Source: Azolla caroliniana
Taxonomy: Eukaryota > Plantae > Polypodiophyta
Length of the DNA: 64,000 nt
Direction: 5' to 3'
Assembly (NCBI GenBank): GCA_043228905.1
Contig: JBHGNT010000011.1
Location: 17,174,001 to 17,238,000 of the forward strand
The number at the start of each line of letters is the position of its first letter. Position 1 is the first letter of the stretch. Shown piece by piece: positions 59,301 to 64,000 of the stretch. The notes under the pieces are model-generated. The model was not told the origin of the DNA. It did no database searches and saw only the letters and a program-made list of their open reading frames with translations. Both the position numbers and the translations under genes were made by a program.

Positions 59301-62300
59301 CACTGTGATACTGTCCTTGCTCACTATGTGGCCCAGTAACACTCCACTGGTTACTCCGAACACACATTTTGCCGGGTTTAGGCTTAGTCGGTAAACCCTA
59401 CATTTCTCCAGACATAGTCGGAGGTGCTGAAGGTGATCCCCTTCCTGGCTATATAAACAGTGAAGCGTCCAAGAACACCTGCATGAATGCCAGAATGAAT
59501 TCTCTGAAAATCTCCATGATGATCCATTGGAAGGTTGCCGGTGCCGTTTTCAGTCCGAACATCATCACTACAGCAACAAAGACTCCCCATTCGGTGACAA
59601 AAACGGTAACGTCGTTGCGCTACTGGTTTGGCATCTTTACTTAGATGTATCTGGTGTTGATACAACTGAGGATCGAGTCCCCGCATGTCCTCGTGGGACC
59701 AGGCGAACACATCGTGAAATTCTTTTAGGAGTGTGATCATTCTGTTTTGTTCTCCATGTCATTTCCTTGGCAATGTGCACCGGTCTTGTGTCCTCTGTGG
59801 TACCTAGGTTTACCTCTTCTAGTTGGGATGCTTTCACGCGCTGCGAGACTGCCATTTCTTTTTCCAGTGCCTCCTGTGCTTGCCATAATTCCCGGATTGC
59901 TTCTTTATCCGGTTCCTCGTCGGTCTCGTCCGGTTGCAGTATGTACGGTGATACTGCTTCGACTACATCAATCATGAACAGAGGTACGATCTTCGGATTT
60001 TCCTGTAAGTATTGATCGACCTCTTCGTCCGCCAATCCTTCCAGCATGTTGACACATTCCACATATAGCGGTGTTGATTCCTTGCCGGTACCGGATCGTG
60101 GTTGAGTCGGTACTCATACTTTCCCTTTTCCACGCCGGAACGTAATTATATTCTTCCTCCAGTTTTGCTTGATGTGTGTTGTTTTTAACCAAGGGCATCC
60201 CAACAATAGTGGGTAAGCTCCCTGAGCCTGTAGCTGGAGAACTACTACGGAAATGCGAAATGTGTGACCCCCGATGGTCACTTCCAGATCACATATTAAT
60301 CTGGTCGGCCGTACTGAGCTTGTGTCCGCCATCCGAAGCCAAAACGGGCACGGTTCCCAGTTCTAGATTCCTAGAGTGTTACACGTTCGGAGGCTGATCA
60401 TGTTCACGCTGGATCCTCCATCGATAATCGTGCCCGGTATCTCATTTCCTTTCACGATGGTTGTGATTGCCGGACTGCTCGTGTCCACCATTGCCGGTCC
60501 TTCCTTCGAATTCAAAAAGAATGTTGAAGCCAGTGGTGTGTCAGTTGTTGTCCTTCCTGTCTTCAGTCCTTCCGTGAAGCGTGGTACTAGTTGCAATAGC
60601 CGGCCTAACGGCAACGTTATTTGGCATTCTTGTAACGCCTGTCATGTTTGGTTTTCGGGTTGCCCCGGGCCGGTGAGCTCTTCGGCATTCTCCTTTTGTT
60701 GTTCGAGCTCTGCCGCATTCCACTCATTTGCCTTTTTCACCCATTCGGTTGCCTGCTTCCGGATGGCTTCTTGAGTTTCCCATTCTGTGGCTTTGCCTTT
60801 TGATCTTGTAGTGACTTGTTGTATGTCCGCGACTTCCGCGTCTACCATGTTCACCGTTGGTCGCTTGTCGTAGCTCTTCGTCGGACATTGATTACTATAG
60901 TGGCCTTCTTGCCGGCAATAATAGCAGTACGGCTTCCGGGTGTTGTTGGATTCGGCGTGTGTGCTTGGTGGAGGTCCTGTGGTAAGTGCTTGGTTTTGGT
61001 CCGGTTGGCTGCTTGGAGCGCCCTTTTCCGGTTCTCGTGGATGACCCCCCTTTTTGTTGAAATGATGTTTCTTGAAATTCTTTTTGTTTCAGTAACCTTG
61101 AGGTGTTGGTCGTCATACTTCCCATAGTCGTCCCGTCGGTGGTTGTAACCAGGGGAGTGATCCCGGTTGTATCTCTCATACCGTCCATTATAGTCCCGAG
61201 ATCTATCTTGTCTGTCATACCGGTCATAAGCATCTCTTTGATCGTTGTACCGGACATCTTGTGCCGGTCGGTAGCGCTCCTCTCGCCGCCATCGTTCTTC
61301 TTCTTCCTCCTGGTTGCTCCGTGGTTCAATTTGCCGAACCGGTGGTGCTTGCCGATTTAACAAGTTATACTCACATCGTTCCATTGTGTGACTTCTGGAG
61401 TGGCAGAGCAAGCATTGGGAACGCACGGTGCATTCCAGCACCGAATGTACGGCATTCAGGCATGTCGTACATTAAACTGCTTGCCGGAAACGGAGGTCCT
61501 CTTCCGGTGGTAGTGCACGTTGAAGTGCGCCCATGGTTAGCCATGAACTTGAGGTTTCCATTTCCCGAACTCGGCCGATCACTTGATCTATGCTGCTAGT
61601 GCGGAAATCAATAACGGTGCACACCGTACATAAGGGTTCCCAGAGGGCTGCTAAGAATATGACCTTTGTTTCTTCCTTCGGCGGTGTCTGGTTGAGTTGA
61701 CTGTGGATCCGCTGAAACCGGATGACAAATTGTTGAATGTTCTCCGTTGGTTCCTGCCGGATACTATAAAATAAGCCTACCATTTCCCGCTGGTCCATCT
61801 CCTTGTGAAAGAAATGCAAAAAAATTGTCTTTAATGTTTCAAACATGGGGATGGTGCTGGGATCTTGTGTTCGGTGCCATCTGGCGGCCGGTTCCTCCAA
61901 GGTCATGCCGAACTCTGCCCTTTTTGAGCATTCCTCTTCGGCTGCATTTAAGCGTTGGGACGCATGGTTTGCCTCCCAGGTCTGCTGAAATGCATGGACG
62001 TGGGCTTCCGCGTCCAGATCATCCCGGTATCTAGGATATTGGAACGGCATATCATCGTCTGGTGTCGGTACACGGGCTGGTGGTGTCGGTGGTCGTTCCT
62101 CCTCTTTTGGTGTCGGAGGTTTTTCCCGGTCTTCTATCGCCGTCAGAGGTCTTTCCTGCTCCTCTTTCGATGTCGGAGGCTTCTCCTCCTCGACTTCCAA
62201 TGTCGGAGGTCTCTCGTCCTCGACTTTTGGTTCCGGAGTGTGGTCGACTTCTGGTACCGAAGGTTCCAACCTTGTCAATTCTGGTTCCGATGTCGGCAAG

Positions 62301-62665
62301 GTATCCGACTCCTCGTCCTCTGGTTCGCCTGGGGTGTCGTTACTGTTGCGGTAGTTCATCTACGCATTGTATTCCCCGTCTGAACCCGATTCCAATGCCG
62401 AAAATGCTTTGGATTCGTCTTCCCCCGTTGCCAATGCTTGGAGAAGGGATTCTGCTTCCTGGAGGCTGCTTAGGCCGCTTCCTTCGTCCGGGTAGGCGTT
62501 TTGTGGTAACCGAAATGATTACTTGGCCACTCTCCGGATCACCTTGGAAAATGAGCGATCCGCTTTGATTTCTTCTGCCACTTGCTGGAAAGCCTCTCGC
62601 TTCCTCAGCCGTTCAGCAAGTTTCCTTGCTCGCTCCGTAACCAGGTCGTTCGTTGGTCGCGTCAT
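56366..62665 (-). pseudogene. Gypsy-D gag-pol (gag, CCHC, protease, partly deleted RT, RNase H, integrase)
   Basis: CLLCHSRSH, IIDGGSSVN, MMFGLKTAPATFQ, FVDASDIAIG, H..GGH..CDLC, LDFVGP, SDQGGHF, GPY. The RT N-terminal part is deleted near 59605. Confidence 0.9.
56666..57412 (-). mobile_element. Solo LTR of an A-related family in the Gypsy-D integrase; TSD GCGT/ACGT
   Basis: Minus strand TGTCGTGAAGAATTTTGGCC..AACGCGACA. It splits RWTGPYWIT|REFNGSYQL. Confidence 0.9.
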
Positions 62666-62723
62666 CCATTCCGGTCGATGTTCGCTGCAGTTGTGTAGGA
62701 ATCGTTGTCGCCAAAAACTGTGT

Positions 62724-62738
62724 CCATCGTGGTCGCCA
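62724..62738 (-). promoter_or_regulatory. Probable PBS (tRNA-Arg-like), duplicated in tandem
   Basis: Minus strand ACA-GTTTT-TGGCGACCACGATGG, with a second copy at 62701-62713. Confidence 0.65.
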
Positions 62739-64000
62739 AAAACTGTGTTAATCCTTAGGACCGAACAATGGCCTAACACAGGGTGTCTCTGGAAGACACT
62801 TCACCAAAGGGGTGTTACGGCGAGATAACTTAAGACACAACGATTAATCCAACTTAATTGGCTACTTACCAATAAGGCATTCACTTAATATACGCGTAAG
62901 ATATAACAATTAATACAGAACGGTAATCAATACGTGAAGATAAAACAAGAAGCTTATATTAATTCTCCGTCAAAGTTTTACATTGTAATCGGGCCTTTAT
63001 ATAGGTCACCGATGCGGCGTACAAAACGGTGCCAACCGGCACCTATTCGGAACCGGTCCGGATCCGGATCGGCAGACCGATTCCGGTCCGTCCGTTCACT
63101 ACATAATCATAATCTATTCTACTTAATTAAAATAGATTCCAAATAACCATCCCTTTCACATTTTAGTCTTTGTTGTCCTTTGCCAGCCGGGTAACAATTA
63201 TATTAATAAATGTGTGTAAAAAACACTACTTACAATGGGTGTGACCAGTATTGGGCAAAGTCCCAGGAACAGTGTCAGCGTTCCGGTTGGGTTGGGACTT
63301 TTGCCGGCCAAGGTGGGGGGCAGCCGGAATTGATTCCGGCTAGGTTTTCCTACCAACCGGAATCTAGCTGGTTCATATTTTTTGAACCGGCTATTTATAT
63401 AGTTTGTAAAAATAAAAAGGTTAAAAAAAAACATATTCATTTACTCTTGAGCCTTTCCCCCCTTTTCCCCCTTTGCGTGTTTTTTCCCCCCCTCCTCTTT
63501 CTCTCTCTCTCTCTCTCTCTCTCATTTCTGTCTCCCTCTCTGTCGACGATTTCTTTCTCCCTCTCTGACGACGATTTCTGTCTCCCTCTCTGTCAATTTC
63601 CATTTCACTCTGTCGATTTCTGTTTTTTCTCACAACTCCATCCTTCGGACTTCATCATTACTCGTTCCTCCTTCCTCGTTGATCGCTGCTCGCTCAATCG
63701 CCGCTCGTCGCTCTCTATTGCAAGGTGAGTGCACAACTATAGTTTCTAAAAATTTCCAATTAGGTTCATAAGAACAAGACCAGTTTGAAATGGCAGTTGT
63801 AAAATGCAGAATGTATGTTAAATAGTTCAAGTATTCTAAAATGCATTTTATACATAAAATGCACATTTTTAATAGCTATGTTTGTGAAGGTTTTGTTTCT
63901 TTATCACAATAATTAATGACATCCATGAATATTTGCTCAAATGCCTGATGATTGCAATCCTGAATTATTGTTGCCTTTACTTCCAACGTTCATTTTCCCG

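Larger units (their letters stand above)
32190..63103 (-). mobile_element. Gypsy-D: decayed non-chromovirus Ty3/gypsy with a 3' extra ORF; 3' LTR lost; host of the nested stack
   Basis: Probable 5' LTR ~62744-63103 (TGTAGT.., TATATAAA ~63000), PBS TGGCGACCACGA, gag-PR-RT-RH-IN at 62665-56366, then the extra ORF. Confidence 0.85.

Noticed and set aside
63224-63240. CACTAC as a CACTA transposon terminus
   Set aside because: No partner TIR, subterminal repeats or transposase in the window.

Overview
This window is about 85-90% transposon-derived DNA from a land plant, probably a non-seed plant such as a fern (inferred from Tcn1-like chromoviruses and L1 LINE types). No convincing host gene is present. 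Degenerate L1-type LINEs form the oldest layer. Inserted into or beside them are three full-length Ty1/copia elements (369-5750 intact, 24576-30212 intact, 47107-52422 with one premature stop), a truncated copia and several solo LTRs. There is also a Tcn1-like chromovirus (13102-18926), a related solo LTR and a 2-kb non-autonomous derivative. A large minus-strand non-chromovirus gypsy (D, ~32190-63103) carries a long 3' extra ORF. D hosts a deep nest of gag-only, tRNA-Trp-primed, 4-bp-TSD elements (A1 > A2 > B, plus solo LTR C and a copia). Three signals stand out. (1) tRNA-like RNA polymerase III A-box/B-box modules at tRNA spacing are built into the LTRs of four gypsy families, mostly antisense at the U3 end, with three copies in one LTR. 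(2) Tf1-like tRNA-independent self-priming appears with compensatory covariation between two families, plus a copy of the PBS in U3 that forms a palindrome over the predicted start site. (3) Every readable insertion site of the 4-bp-TSD gypsy lineage is centred on a CpG. All coordinates and motif calls were read by eye and none were computed.
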